This document shows, in pieces, positions 1 to 18,303 of a DNA stretch of 64,000 bases. The notes beneath the pieces were generated by a model. The model did no database searches, was not told the DNA's origin, and was given only the letters and a program-made list of their open reading frames with translations. The stretch lies in sequence record OQ708377.1. The stretch is one strand, 5' to 3'. The stretch is from Escherichia phage vB_EcoM_CRP22. The first letter of the stretch is position 1; each line of letters begins with the position of its first letter. The position numbers were made by a program, and so were the translations under genes.

Positions 1-254
1 TGTTAGAGCAGACTAAGAAGAATCTATATAAGCAACTTAGCAGTCTCAACACAGACCCTTCAAATACCTTAGAAGCATTTGCAAAGAATGCTCAGAAGGC
101 AATTAAAAGAGGTTTTGGTAATTCTGCTATCCTCCCTCCTAACGCACCTTCCACAGTCAAGAAAAAAGGCTTTAACGCACCTCTTGTTGAGACAGGTGAC
201 TTAAGAGATAACCTTGCTTATAAAATTTCTACTAAGAAGGGTATTAAAAAATGA
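1..254 (+). CDS. 3' end of an upstream virion gene (partial; start lies outside the window)
   Basis: Open frame from window edge to TGA at 252-254, overlapping next ATG (ATGA); sits at head of structural module. Confidence 0.4.
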   Translation, partial: LEQTKKNLYKQLSSLNTDPSNTLEAFAKNAQKAIKRGFGNSAILPPNAPSTVKKKGFNAPLVETGDLRDNLAYKISTKKGIKK

Positions 255-652
255 GACTCTTAAACAGACACAGCTTTGTAGTAAAGCGTAAAGTCTCTGA
301 AGACGGTTATTATAACGATGATGGTGATTGGGTAGCTTCACAAGATATTGTAGAGGTTAACTGTAAAGGTAATATCCAGCCATATATCAAAGGTTCTGTA
401 AAGAATGGTACACAGATTGCTTTACCGGAAGGTATTAGGCTTACCGATACAAGAATCCTGTATACCACATATAAACTTAGAACTTCAGATGATGTAGAGT
501 GGAATGAGTCTGATATTGTTATGATTGATGGTCATGAGTATGAAGTATTTATGACTATGGATTGGTCACAGCAATTAGCCCATACGTCCCATTATGAATA
601 TATCATTATTAGAAGGGATAAAATGAATGCAGTTAGAAACAGCAGAACTTGA
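251..652 (+). CDS. hypothetical virion protein (head-tail joining region)
   Basis: 133-aa ORF, co-oriented and tightly packed upstream of tail genes. Confidence 0.4.
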   Translation: MRLLNRHSFVVKRKVSEDGYYNDDGDWVASQDIVEVNCKGNIQPYIKGSVKNGTQIALPEGIRLTDTRILYTTYKLRTSDDVEWNESDIVMIDGHEYEVFMTMDWSQQLAHTSHYEYIIIRRDKMNAVRNSRT

Positions 653-1226
653 AAAAGGTCTAGTTAGAACCTTAGTGGATGTTATTGGTCACAGACTAGC
701 TCGTGATAAGAATAATAGACCAAACGTAATTAGAGCTTACCCTTCTGATAACTCAAATGACAAAGGTTTAAAACCTGACCAGCCATTTATTACCGTATAT
801 TGTCAAGATGCTGCAACACCTTATGGTTGGGTTCTTGATAAGTTTGTTGAGGATGATGTAGTTTGCTACAGAATTGCTTTTCAGATTCCAGTATTGATTA
901 CGGTGAATGGTAAAGGTGCTCACAGTATTATGCTTGAGCTTAAACAACGATTAGAGATGAGTTCAGTCAGAGATTTAATCCTTGAAGAAACAGGAGCTAC
1001 AGTACTAGATACTGGAGCAATCCCTAATGACTACACTTATCTCAATACAGATTTCGAAAATTCTGCACCTCTTGTTGTAACTCTTGTAAAAAACTCAGTC
1101 CTGAAAGATGAACGTGGAAGTATCATTGAGCGTGTCATTGTCGATGGTGAGTTGGTTTATGAGGAAGGACAAGAGCCACCAGAATATACTATCCATCTAG
1201 ATGTAGACTCCAAAGGGGTAAAATAA
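627..1226 (+). CDS. hypothetical virion protein (neck/tail completion candidate)
   Basis: 199-aa ORF, start overlaps previous gene; position before putative sheath. Confidence 0.4.
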   Translation: MQLETAELEKGLVRTLVDVIGHRLARDKNNRPNVIRAYPSDNSNDKGLKPDQPFITVYCQDAATPYGWVLDKFVEDDVVCYRIAFQIPVLITVNGKGAHSIMLELKQRLEMSSVRDLILEETGATVLDTGAIPNDYTYLNTDFENSAPLVVTLVKNSVLKDERGSIIERVIVDGELVYEEGQEPPEYTIHLDVDSKGVK

Positions 1227-2579
1227 ATGTGGAATCCAATTGTTAATGTAGATATTACATTGAACACCGCAGGAACTACAAGAGAAGGTTTTGGTTTGCC
1301 ACTATTCTTAGCTTCAACAGATAACTTTGAAGAAAGAGTACGTGGTTACACTTCCTTAACTGAAGTTGCTGAAGATTTCGATGAGAATACTGCTGCATAT
1401 AAGGCTGCTAAACAACTTTGGAGTCAGACTCCTAAAGTAACTCAGCTTTATATTGGTAGACGTGCTATGCAGTACACTGTATCAATTCCTGATGCCGTTA
1501 CCAAAAGTACAGACTACTCGATTACTGTAGCTGCTGGCGGTGGAATTTCTCAACCATACCAGTATACAGCACAAGGCTCAGACACTGCTGAAGTAGTGTT
1601 GCAACAGTTTAAAACACAGATTGAAGCTGACCCAACAATCAAAGATAAGGTTTCTGTGAACGTAACTGGTAGCAATGGTTCTGCCACAATGATTATTACC
1701 AAAGCTGGTGATAATGACTTTGTGAAAGTAACAACTACAGCACAGACTGTATCTATTGCAAGCACAACTGCCGATACAGCATCAACTGCTCTGGCAGCCA
1801 TTGAAGCTTATTCTACTGACTGGTATTTCATTGCAGCAGAAGATAGAACTCAACAGTTTGTCCTAGCAATGGCTTCTGAGATTCAGGCTCGTAAGAAAAT
1901 CTTCTTCACTGCTAACTCTGATGTATCAGCACTACAAGGTACAGAATTAAACAGTGCAAACGATGTTCCAGCACAGCTTGCTAAGAGTATGTATACTCGC
2001 ACAGTTTGCTTGTGGCATCACACAGCAGCAGAAGACTATCCAGAGATGGCATACATTGCTTATGGTGCTCCATACGATGCAGGGTCAATTGCTTGGGGTA
2101 ATGCTCAGTTGACTGGTGTAGCTGCTTCTCTACAGCCAGCTAATAAGAGACCTCTGACAAGTATTCAGAAGTCAGCTTTAGATGCACGTCACTGTAACTT
2201 TATTGACCTTGATGGTGGTGTTCCAGTGGTTCGTAGAGGGATTACTTCTGGTGGGGAATGGATTGATATCATCCGTGGCGTTGACTGGTTGGAATCAGAC
2301 CTGAAAACTTCTCTGAGAGACTTGCTAATTAACCAGAAGGGTGGTAAGATTACTTATGATGATACTGGTATTACCCGTATTCGTCAAGTCATTGAAACCT
2401 CTCTACAAAGAGCAGTCAACAGAAACTTCCTGTCATCTTACACAGTTAATGTTCCTAAAGCCTCTCAAGTTGCTTTGGCAGACAAGAAAGCTCGTATCCT
2501 GAAAGATGTTACCTTCTCAGGTATCTTAGCAGGGGCTATCTTGGATGTTGACTTGAAAGGTACAGTGGCTTACGAATAA
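1227..2579 (+). CDS. putative tail sheath protein
   Basis: 450-aa ORF immediately upstream of small tube-sized ORF, chaperone pair and tape measure; gene order typical of contractile tails. Confidence 0.5.
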   Translation: MWNPIVNVDITLNTAGTTREGFGLPLFLASTDNFEERVRGYTSLTEVAEDFDENTAAYKAAKQLWSQTPKVTQLYIGRRAMQYTVSIPDAVTKSTDYSITVAAGGGISQPYQYTAQGSDTAEVVLQQFKTQIEADPTIKDKVSVNVTGSNGSATMIITKAGDNDFVKVTTTAQTVSIASTTADTASTALAAIEAYSTDWYFIAAEDRTQQFVLAMASEIQARKKIFFTANSDVSALQGTELNSANDVPAQLAKSMYTRTVCLWHHTAAEDYPEMAYIAYGAPYDAGSIAWGNAQLTGVAASLQPANKRPLTSIQKSALDARHCNFIDLDGGVPVVRRGITSGGEWIDIIRGVDWLESDLKTSLRDLLINQKGGKITYDDTGITRIRQVIETSLQRAVNRNFLSSYTVNVPKASQVALADKKARILKDVTFSGILAGAILDVDLKGTVAYE

Positions 2580-2594
2580 TAGAGGTAAATTGGA

Positions 2595-3041
2595 ATGGCT
2601 ATGTATCAGCAATATTCCCCTAAAGACGTTGTATGTAGCTGGAATGGTATTGCCATTGAAGGCTTTGCTCCAGACTCATTCTTACGTCTACAGAGAACAT
2701 CACCACTTATTACACCAGTTGTAGGTGCAGGTGGTCAAGTTGCTCTGACAAGAAATGCAGATAAGACAGGTACTATTGAGATTGAGCTAATGCAGACTTC
2801 TCTCTCTAATCAGATGCTTTCTGCAATTCAAGCTAAACAAGACAATATGGAACTTGAAGAAGATATCTCTTCTAACTTCGTAATCTACGACCCATCAGGC
2901 TCTGTTCTGGCAACTGGTATTAATGCTTGGTTGCAGGAACTACCACAGATTGAACTTGGTCGTGACCAGAACTCTAAAACTTGGATTTTTGGTTGTGAGA
3001 AGCTAGACTACACTTCTACAATTCCAGCGTCAAGTGTTTAA
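2595..3041 (+). CDS. putative tail tube protein
   Basis: 148-aa ORF between sheath candidate and chaperones; followed by terminator hairpin. Confidence 0.45.
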   Translation: MAMYQQYSPKDVVCSWNGIAIEGFAPDSFLRLQRTSPLITPVVGAGGQVALTRNADKTGTIEIELMQTSLSNQMLSAIQAKQDNMELEEDISSNFVIYDPSGSVLATGINAWLQELPQIELGRDQNSKTWIFGCEKLDYTSTIPASSV

Positions 3042-3052
3042 TAAATCCTATA

Positions 3053-3087
3053 AGGGGGAGACTTTAAAAGGTCTTCCCCTTTTTTGT
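3053..3087 (+). terminator. rho-independent terminator-like hairpin
   Basis: agggggagac...gtcttcccct stem followed by TTTTTTGTTT. Confidence 0.6.
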
Positions 3088-3114
3088 TTCTTTTAAAAGT
3101 ATTAAGGAATCACA

Positions 3115-3513
3115 ATGAAAACAGAATCTAGAGTAATTAATGGTAAGAAAGTAAATATCGTTCTGCTTGGGGCAAGAGATGGTATTAAGATGTCTATGAA
3201 GTTGGGTAAAATTGTTGTTCCAACTTTTGCACAGATGCTATCAAGTCTGACTGATAAAGATAAGAAAGAAGCACCGATGGTTCCATTTAAAGAACTTGTT
3301 GAAGCTTGTTTTGACAGAATTGAAGAAATTAACCTTGAAGAAATGGCTACCCTATTATTTCAAGGGGCAACTGTTGATGACTTCCCACTTAATATTGATA
3401 CATACTTCCAAGCAAACTATGGTGAATTTATTGATTACTTAGCATTTGCGCTGGAGGCAAATTTCGGAAGTTTTTTCGAAGCAAGCATTTTCAAAAGCCT
3501 AACTTCTCAGTAA
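3115..3513 (+). CDS. tail assembly chaperone (gpG-like)
   Basis: 132-aa acidic ORF directly upstream of tape measure; contains slippery heptamer T_TTT_TTC near 3' end. Confidence 0.5.
   Translation: MKTESRVINGKKVNIVLLGARDGIKMSMKLGKIVVPTFAQMLSSLTDKDKKEAPMVPFKELVEACFDRIEEINLEEMATLLFQGATVDDFPLNIDTYFQANYGEFIDYLAFALEANFGSFFEASIFKSLTSQ
3471..3477 (+). other. candidate -1 programmed ribosomal frameshift site (T TTT TTC)
   Basis: X_XXY_YYZ heptamer in zero frame of 3115..3513; the -1 frame is open from 3477 into ORF 3516..3755. Confidence 0.5.
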
Positions 3514-3754
3514 ACATGGGTAACACTCTACAGACACCACTGACTGATGCTGCTGTAGAGGCAACCTATGAAGAAGCAGACGAGATGAAATTTGTGCTTG
3601 CTATTTATGGTATGGAAGGGTGTAAAGAAACACTTGACCAACTCTTTGCTATGACATTCTCTGATTTATTATCATTGAGACAATTTCTTGAAATTCAGAG
3701 GTCGTATAAAGAGGAAATTGCTTACAACGAACTTAGAAGAGCAGGAAAAATGTA

Positions 3755-3755
<1 letters not shown>
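3477..3755 (+). CDS. frameshift extension of tail assembly chaperone (gpGT-like C-terminal part)
   Basis: -1 frame relative to 3115..3513, open from slippery site through the 79-aa ORF 3516..3755; ends overlapping tape measure start (TAATG). Confidence 0.45.
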
Positions 3756-11771
<8,016 letters not shown>

Positions 11772-11773
11772 TA

Positions 11774-12961
11774 ATGGCAGTAGGTGAAATTCAAATTAGT
11801 GCCTTGCCTCAAGCAGCCTTACCAATTGACCTTAGTGATATCTTCCATCTTAAGCAGGGTATTGAGGATAAGAGGTGTACTCTTGAGCAATTACTTGCTC
11901 CACACTCAAGTCTAAAAAATAACCCTCATGGTGTTACTAAAACACAAATTGGTTTAGATAATGTTATTAATGCTCTTCAATTAGTTGCTGCAAATAACTT
12001 ATCAGATATTGTTAATGTAGCTGAGGCAAGAGCAAATCTACAGATTATGTCTTCAGAAGAGGTTAATAACCTTGTCCAGCAACATACCAAGGACAAGAGT
12101 AACCCACACAATACAACTAAGGCACAGGTTGGTTTAAGTAATGTCCAGAACTGGACAACATCTAATCTGTATAACGAAGATGCAGATAAGTATGCTACAG
12201 CAAGAGCAGTAAATAACTTGTACAAGGCTGTTCAGGCTTCTTATCCAGTAGGTACTATCCATCTTTCTATGAACTCTGCAAACCCTTCTACATACTTAAT
12301 TTGTGGAGGTACTTGGGAGTTAGTTTCAAAAGGTAGGGCATTGGTTGGTTATGACTCTGAGACAAGGCCAGCAGGTTCTGTATTTGGTGCTTCAACTGTC
12401 ACTTTGTCAGTTAATAACATGCCTCAACACTCACACTCTGTATCTCTTAGTGGTGGTGGTCACACTCATAATGCAACTGTTTCAATTTCAGCTTTTGACT
12501 ATGGGACTAAGACTACCAACTCTTTTGACTATGGGACTAAGACTACTAACACAACTGGTAACCACAACCATGTTGGTAGTGGGTCAACAAGTGCTGCTGG
12601 TGCTCACAACCACAGATTAACCTATGAAGCGGGTGGTGGTCTATCGGAAAGACCTGCAATGGTCTGGTCTTCAAGGAATGACCAATCGTGGTACTCAGCA
12701 GATGTTGTCTGTGAAGTCGCTGGTGCGCACACCCACTCTTTCAGTGTTACCACCAACACAACTGGTGACCACAACCATACGGTGGGTATTGGTGCTCACA
12801 GTCACACAGTTGGTATTGGTTCGCATACGCACAATGGTACTGTGACAGTTTCTTCTTCTGAGCATACGCATAGTGGAAACACGAACAGTGTTGGTGGAGG
12901 TCAGGCTGTGAATATTGAGCAGCCATCCTTTGTACTTTATGTATGGCAGAGAACAGCTTAA
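11774..12961 (+). CDS. tail fibre protein (His-rich HxH repeat tip)
   Basis: N-terminal phage tail-fibre repeats (NPHGVTKTQIGLDNV / NPHNTTKAQVGLSNV); C-terminal GxHxH repeats (HTHSFS, GAHSHTVGIGSHTHNG); tandem FDYGTKTTN duplication. Confidence 0.7.
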   Translation: MAVGEIQISALPQAALPIDLSDIFHLKQGIEDKRCTLEQLLAPHSSLKNNPHGVTKTQIGLDNVINALQLVAANNLSDIVNVAEARANLQIMSSEEVNNLVQQHTKDKSNPHNTTKAQVGLSNVQNWTTSNLYNEDADKYATARAVNNLYKAVQASYPVGTIHLSMNSANPSTYLICGGTWELVSKGRALVGYDSETRPAGSVFGASTVTLSVNNMPQHSHSVSLSGGGHTHNATVSISAFDYGTKTTNSFDYGTKTTNTTGNHNHVGSGSTSAAGAHNHRLTYEAGGGLSERPAMVWSSRNDQSWYSADVVCEVAGAHTHSFSVTTNTTGDHNHTVGIGAHSHTVGIGSHTHNGTVTVSSSEHTHSGNTNSVGGGQAVNIEQPSFVLYVWQRTA

Positions 12962-12971
12962 TTTCTTTACA

Positions 12972-12992
12972 GGGGCTTGAAAGCCCCTTTTT
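12972..12992 (+). terminator. rho-independent terminator
   Basis: ggggcttgaaagcccc hairpin followed by TTTTT. Confidence 0.65.
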
Positions 12993-13007
12993 AGAGGAAA
13001 ATTTATA

Positions 13008-15389
13008 ATGGCAGATTACAAGTTGAGTGAATTAAACTCAATCGACACAATCCGTTCAGATGACCTTCTTCATGTCAGGGTTAAAAAGAGACCTGAAATG
13101 CTGGGTGATGAAGACCGTCGAATGACCTATCAAGACTTCTTAGCATCTTTTAAACTTGAAAGATTTGTTCAGATTGCTGGTAGCACCATGACGGGCGACT
13201 TAGGGATTGTTAAGTTACTTTATGGTGGTAAGGCAGTATTTGACCCAACAGGCTCTTCTGAGATTACTATTGGGGATGTTTTAAAGACTTTTAAAATCAA
13301 CGCAAATGGTCTTAAACTAACTATTGCAGACGCTTCAAGGTCGGCAACTGTTTATCATACTCTGAATAAGCCAAGTCCTAATGAGCTTGGGATGAGAACT
13401 AATGAAGAGAATGACGCAAGATACTCAAGATTAACGGCAAATAACATCTTCACCTTCCAGCAAATTATCCAAGCAAATGGTGAAGCTCTTAGGGTAAAAA
13501 ACTCTTCTGAGAACTCACCGTTGTATATCAGAGGTCAGGATAGTGCTGGGAATAATAGGTGGTATGTAGGTAATGGCTCAGGGAGTGATGATGTTACTAT
13601 CTCCAACTACAAGACTGGTTCCTATGTTAATCTTGCTAACGATATTGCTATCAATAAAACACTAAAAATCACTGGTCAAGTTCAACCTTCTGATTTCTCT
13701 AACTTAGATGCTAGATATTTTACTCAGACAGTAGCTAATCAGAGATTTGCACAGTTAGCTGGCAATAATACATTTAGTGGCGTTAATACATTTAACCAAA
13801 TCTTATCGATTCAGACGAATAATGCAGCTTTAAGACTGAAAAGCACTGTAGCAAGTGGTGCGCTATACATTAAAGCTGAAACCAATGATGGTGCTGGCAG
13901 ATGGTATGTAGGTAATGGCGATAATACACCTTCTGTATTAATCCACAACTATACGTATGGCTCTAATCTTAGACTTGATAATGGTTATGTTGAAGTTAAC
14001 AAGCAGCTTAGGGTTGTTGGTCAAATTCAACCTTCTGATTGGACTAACATTGACTCTAGATATATTCCGGCGGGAACTTTGAGTAATCTTGCTAAGTTAA
14101 GTGATGTAAACACTTTTAGGATGGCACAGATTATTAATCAGAATGGCTCATTGTTACAGCTAAAGAACACTACACAAGACAGAGAGCTATACTTTGCTGG
14201 TCATAATGCTGATGGTGTTAGAAGGTGGTACATCGGTAATGGGGAACCATCCAATCCAACAAGACTTACTATCCGCAACGACAGAACTGCAACTACGCTT
14301 TATATGCAAGATGATTTCTTGTTGGATAAAAATGTAAGAATCACTGGTCAAGTTCAACCTTCTGATTTCTCTAACTTAGATGCTAGATATTTCGTAAAAA
14401 CAAAACTGTTAAGCCAATCTTTAATGACAAGGACAGCTAACAGGCTTGAGAGCGCGTCATCATTTAACAAAGATTATTCGGGATTTGTAAGAAACAACGG
14501 TATTGAGCAGGGTCTGAAAGATTTAGCCATCCATGTAGCACATTCTGCTGGTATTGCTCATGCCAGAGGTATTGCTTTTACATATGGGTCTAAAGGTCTT
14601 GATGTCTTCACATATGCTTATGGGTCAGGTGGAACATATGTTGGAGAGGCACAGTTGTATTCAACGGCATTTAAACCAACCCCTTCAGATATTGGTGCAT
14701 ACACTAAAACAGAAACTGACCAGAAAATTGCAACAGCAATTAGTGACTCTACAGACCTTAATAAAATCTATCCAGTAGGTATTGTAACGTGGTTTAACAG
14801 TAATGTTAACCCTAATACAGCACTTCCTGGTCTAACTTGGACATACCTAAACAATGGTGTTGGTAGAACTATCAGAATCGCAGCAGCAAACGGTTCAGAT
14901 GTTGCTACAACTGGTGGTTCAGACTCTGTAACGTTAGCTGTTGGTAACTTACCATCACACACTCACAGTTTCTCTGCTACCACTTCATCTTTTGATTATG
15001 GTACAAAGGGAACTAACAGTACTGGTGGACATACTCACTCTGTAAGTGGTACAACAAGTGCTGCTGGTAACCATGCTCACCACTTAGGTCTGCTATTGGT
15101 TAATGGTGGTGATGCTTTGTACGGATATACAACAGTTGGTAACAGTCTCCCTAGAACGCTTGACTGGCTTGAGAGAAGAGATAACAAGTTCCCTAACACT
15201 AACACAACTGGTAACCATACACACACATGGTCTGGTACTACAAGCGGTGCTGGTGACCATTCCCACTCTGTAGGCATTGGTGCTCACAGCCACACAGTTA
15301 GTGGTAACACTGGTAGTACAGGTTCTGGTTCAGCATTTAGTGTTACTAACCAGTTCTATAAATTAATGGCTTGGGTGAGAACTGCTTAA
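13008..15389 (+). CDS. large tail fibre protein (three ~225-aa tandem shaft repeats, His-rich tip)
   Basis: 793 aa; [18 protein letters not shown] repeated (nt 13672 and 14341) with a third degenerate copy (14010); C-terminal HTHSFS/GxHxH motifs and W-x-RTA end shared with 11774..12961. Confidence 0.7.
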   Translation: MADYKLSELNSIDTIRSDDLLHVRVKKRPEMLGDEDRRMTYQDFLASFKLERFVQIAGSTMTGDLGIVKLLYGGKAVFDPTGSSEITIGDVLKTFKINANGLKLTIADASRSATVYHTLNKPSPNELGMRTNEENDARYSRLTANNIFTFQQIIQANGEALRVKNSSENSPLYIRGQDSAGNNRWYVGNGSGSDDVTISNYKTGSYVNLANDIAINKTLKITGQVQPSDFSNLDARYFTQTVANQRFAQLAGNNTFSGVNTFNQILSIQTNNAALRLKSTVASGALYIKAETNDGAGRWYVGNGDNTPSVLIHNYTYGSNLRLDNGYVEVNKQLRVVGQIQPSDWTNIDSRYIPAGTLSNLAKLSDVNTFRMAQIINQNGSLLQLKNTTQDRELYFAGHNADGVRRWYIGNGEPSNPTRLTIRNDRTATTLYMQDDFLLDKNVRITGQVQPSDFSNLDARYFVKTKLLSQSLMTRTANRLESASSFNKDYSGFVRNNGIEQGLKDLAIHVAHSAGIAHARGIAFTYGSKGLDVFTYAYGSGGTYVGEAQLYSTAFKPTPSDIGAYTKTETDQKIATAISDSTDLNKIYPVGIVTWFNSNVNPNTALPGLTWTYLNNGVGRTIRIAAANGSDVATTGGSDSVTLAVGNLPSHTHSFSATTSSFDYGTKGTNSTGGHTHSVSGTTSAAGNHAHHLGLLLVNGGDALYGYTTVGNSLPRTLDWLERRDNKFPNTNTTGNHTHTWSGTTSGAGDHSHSVGIGAHSHTVSGNTGSTGSGSAFSVTNQFYKLMAWVRTA

Positions 15390-15396
15390 TCCCTTA

Positions 15397-15425
15397 TTGA
15401 CTGATTGTTAAGATGGTGTTAATAT
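15397..15425 (+). promoter_or_regulatory. sigma70-like promoter (TTGACT-N17-TAATAT)
   Basis: -35 TTGACT at 15397-15402, 17-nt spacer, -10 TAATAT at 15420-15425; same hexamer pair as promoter at 56507. Confidence 0.5.
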
Positions 15426-15468
15426 TCTTTATGGGTATTCTCACCATCTTGGCTGATGAGGTGATTAA

Positions 15469-15666
15469 ATGCCTACAATCCTAGCAATTCTTCTAAAAAA
15501 TCTAGGTAGCTTCTTCTGGAAACTCATTTTATCCCTTCTAAGTGAATACATGATTGAGAAAGTGTTCTTTAGGCTTGCAAGGTATCTTGCAAGTAAAACA
15601 GACACACCTATTGATGATGAGTTCGTAGATAACTTAGAAAAAGCTTTTAAGGGGGAGAATAAATGA
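15469..15666 (+). CDS. small membrane protein (holin-like candidate)
   Basis: 65 aa, hydrophobic N-terminal segment (ILAILLKNLGSFFWKLILSLL), after promoter. Confidence 0.3.
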   Translation: MPTILAILLKNLGSFFWKLILSLLSEYMIEKVFFRLARYLASKTDTPIDDEFVDNLEKAFKGENK

Positions 15667-16034
15667 AGTGGCTAGAGGAAGCTTTTAAAAATAATATTGG
15701 TGCAATTGTAGTTGGTATTTTTAGTGTTATTGGGATGTATACCACCATGCAAGTCTCGGATGGTAAGCAAGAAGTGTCTATCACAACAAAGTTACAGCAG
15801 TTAGATAATTATTCCAAAAGTAATTATTCAGCTATTCGTGATTTACAGTCTGATGTGAGGCTGCTTCAGCTAGGGATGGAGAACCAGAAAGTCCAGTTAG
15901 AGAATGTTAAGGGTGAGAACGCAAAACTTACTAAGACTCTTGATAAATTCTCTGATAGTGTGAACAATCTGGCTCAATCAGTATCAGCCCTCCAAGCTAT
16001 TACTGAAAAGAACACAAAGAATACTGAAAAGTAA
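15663..16034 (+). CDS. membrane-anchored coiled-coil protein
   Basis: 123 aa, one predicted TM (IGAIVVGIFSVIGMY) then coiled-coil-like region; start overlaps previous stop. Confidence 0.3.
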   Translation: MKWLEEAFKNNIGAIVVGIFSVIGMYTTMQVSDGKQEVSITTKLQQLDNYSKSNYSAIRDLQSDVRLLQLGMENQKVQLENVKGENAKLTKTLDKFSDSVNNLAQSVSALQAITEKNTKNTEK

Positions 16035-16040
16035 AGTTTA

Positions 16041-16068
16041 AGGCTCCTTTTTACGGGAGCCTTTTTTG
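16041..16068. terminator. bidirectional terminator between convergent genes
   Basis: ggctcc...ggagcc hairpin flanked by T-runs, between + gene ending 16034 and - gene ending 16071. Confidence 0.6.
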
Positions 16069-16070
16069 TT

Positions 16071-16970
16071 TTATTTACCTACTGACAAAGGTGCTTCAAT
16101 CTTTCCTGCATGTTGGTAGTTGTTAATTCCACCAATAAAGTCACTTGCAGTGAGATGTTTTAGGTCACTTAAGGTGTTAAGTGGGATACCAATCTCAAAA
16201 GTTGGTGCGTGGAACTCTTCATTGTTCATCAGTTCATAAACCTGCTTCATATGATTCTGATAAATCTGAGTATCTCCAAAGACACCTATCAAGTACCGTG
16301 GAGTGTATCCAGTCATCTTACAAAGAACTTCCAGAATAAAACCATAAGATGCAATATTAAACGGAAGTCCTAAAAAGGTGTCTACAGAACGCTGATACCA
16401 TTGTAAGTCAACTTCACCCTCGTTAGTAATATAAATCTGAAACAGAACATGACAAGGTGCTAGAGCCATTGAGTTTGCTGCAATATCTGCTGCATTCCAA
16501 GCATTAACAAGCATATAACGGTCTGTGATATCACCCTTCATCTTCGTTACTAAGGTCTCTAACTGGTCTACAACACAACCATTATGACCTTCAAAGTTTC
16601 TCCACTGAACCCCGTAGATTCTTCCACCTGCATCTTCTAACCAATCTTGTTCAGAAGAGTAATTAGAGCTTAACCAGCGTTTAAAATCATCTGACCAGAT
16701 AGTCCAGCGTTCTCCGTCATTTTCACCCCAAGTACGGTAACGGAGTTCACCAAGCTTATTCTCGCCATTTAGGAACCATAAAGCTTCCCCAATAACTTGC
16801 CGTGTAAACACCTGTTTAGATGTTAAGAGCGGGAAACCAGTTCGCATATCAAAACGAAACTGAGGTGGAGCAAAAGCAGAGATAACATCTCCAGTTCGTG
16901 TAGTACGCAGTTCACCAACGGATAAAACATGGTTCAGGATATTTTTGTAACTTGAATCTGCTTGTGACAT
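16071..16970 (-). CDS. thyA: thymidylate synthase
   Basis: 299 aa with ThyA active-site motif LAPCHVLFQIY. Confidence 0.85.
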   Translation of the reverse strand: MSQADSSYKNILNHVLSVGELRTTRTGDVISAFAPPQFRFDMRTGFPLLTSKQVFTRQVIGEALWFLNGENKLGELRYRTWGENDGERWTIWSDDFKRWLSSNYSSEQDWLEDAGGRIYGVQWRNFEGHNGCVVDQLETLVTKMKGDITDRYMLVNAWNAADIAANSMALAPCHVLFQIYITNEGEVDLQWYQRSVDTFLGLPFNIASYGFILEVLCKMTGYTPRYLIGVFGDTQIYQNHMKQVYELMNNEEFHAPTFEIGIPLNTLSDLKHLTASDFIGGINNYQHAGKIEAPLSVGK

Positions 16971-16971
16971 A

Positions 16972-17517
16972 TCAAAAGTGTCCTTTTACTTGTGGAACAT
17001 AAATTTCAAAAGTTGCTTTACCATCCTCTGATGGTTTTGACTGTACCTTTGTAAATACACGGTTATCATACAGCTTCTCAAAGAAGTTTTCAAAAGGTAA
17101 ATGCACAGTGGCCTCTTCAGTAACTTTATGGAAAACAGTATGGAACACCACACTAGCATATGGTAAAGCATTGACAAGGACACCTGCACCACCAATTACA
17201 AAGACATCTTCATCAATAGAGCTATCAAGATACTTCAAAAATGCTCCAAATGAATCTTTACTGGCTTTAGCATACATTACATCATCTTTACCAAAGTCTA
17301 TGCCTAAATATGGTACAGAATTTGTTAAGATGAGGTTTGCACGTTCTGGTAAAGGTTTACTACCCAGAGTCTTAAAAGTCTCATTACCCATCACTACTAA
17401 GTTATTTTTAGTGAGTCTCTTAAACTCTTGCATGTCCTGTTTATGTCGAGGCCACGGCATACCAGTTGGAGTACCAAACTCACCATTTTCACCACTTGCA
17501 AAGATTAATTTAATCAT
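16972..17517 (-). CDS. frd: dihydrofolate reductase
   Basis: 181 aa; N-terminus MIKLIFASGENGEFGTPTGMPW typical of DHFR; adjacent to thyA as in T4 frd-td. Confidence 0.8.
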   Translation of the reverse strand: MIKLIFASGENGEFGTPTGMPWPRHKQDMQEFKRLTKNNLVVMGNETFKTLGSKPLPERANLILTNSVPYLGIDFGKDDVMYAKASKDSFGAFLKYLDSSIDEDVFVIGGAGVLVNALPYASVVFHTVFHKVTEEATVHLPFENFFEKLYDNRVFTKVQSKPSEDGKATFEIYVPQVKGHF

Positions 17518-17774
17518 TTTGTAAACCCTTTCTTAATGAACCAGTTGATAACATTCTTCACAGCTTTATTGCTATGGTAGATTAAGTGCGGTGTAGGTTG
17601 GTATGAACCATAAGCCCAGAAAGCAATAATTTCACTACACCCTGTACATCTTGTACTCTCTTCAGCAATATGACCGTTGACTATTTCACTCACCTCACCT
17701 TGTAAGTCTGTACACCCACAATGTGGACAACGAATAGGTGTTCCATCAGACTCATAGCAGTGTTCAATTTTCAT
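17514..17774 (-). CDS. zinc-ribbon protein
   Basis: 86 aa with CPHCGC ... CTGC cysteine pairs. Confidence 0.4.
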   Translation of the reverse strand: MKIEHCYESDGTPIRCPHCGCTDLQGEVSEIVNGHIAEESTRCTGCSEIIAFWAYGSYQPTPHLIYHSNKAVKNVINWFIKKGFTK

Positions 17775-18290
17775 TTATTTAACCTCAAAAACTGGCTCAA
17801 GAGCCAATATAAAGTCTACACAGTCATCTTCTTCATCCAGAATACCATCAAAGTTCTTAGGAACGAAGTCGAAGAGGTTCATAACAAAGCAGTCAGAAGT
17901 AACCCTTATAGTCCCTCCCATATTCTCTACAGTCAACACTGTACGGCTTTCTTTTACCTCTCTCAGAAGATTGCTCACAAAGTCATCTAGGAAGTACTTC
18001 ATTAGTGACTTAAAACCTTTAGGGTAATCTGTACCAGAGTATGTTTCAATCTGAGGTACAAGCTTAACATTTATACTAGTCTTTGCTAAGAACGTGCTAG
18101 AGAACATACTATCAGGTAACTTGCAAACAGTCTTTCCAGTGCCTTCATGTTCAATCTCAACAAAACCAGCTTCATCGCCACACGTAACTATTTTAAAAGA
18201 TGCTTCATTCTCATACTGTGAAGCCATAAACTTTTTAAGCATGACTTTAAGGAAGTCTGCATGAGCATCTTGTAAGTAGATATCAATCAT
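17775..18290 (-). CDS. hypothetical protein
   Basis: 171-aa ORF in co-directional minus-strand operon. Confidence 0.35.
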   Translation of the reverse strand: MIDIYLQDAHADFLKVMLKKFMASQYENEASFKIVTCGDEAGFVEIEHEGTGKTVCKLPDSMFSSTFLAKTSINVKLVPQIETYSGTDYPKGFKSLMKYFLDDFVSNLLREVKESRTVLTVENMGGTIRVTSDCFVMNLFDFVPKNFDGILDEEDDCVDFILALEPVFEVK

Positions 18291-18303
18291 AGTTAATCAC
18301 CTA

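Noticed and set aside
1550-1801. Minus-strand 83-aa ORF inside the putative sheath gene
   Set aside because: Antisense to a long, well-supported + strand CDS within a uniformly + strand module.
1227-2579. Alternative identity of the 450-aa protein as major capsid protein
   Set aside because: It is followed directly by a tube-sized ORF, chaperone pair and tape measure without intervening connector genes, which fits a sheath better; the call remains low-confidence without a profile search.
12345-12845. Two + strand ORFs (91 and 73 aa) inside the tail fibre gene
   Set aside because: Alternative-frame translations of the His/Thr-rich repeat region; fully contained in the 11774..12961 CDS with no independent start context.
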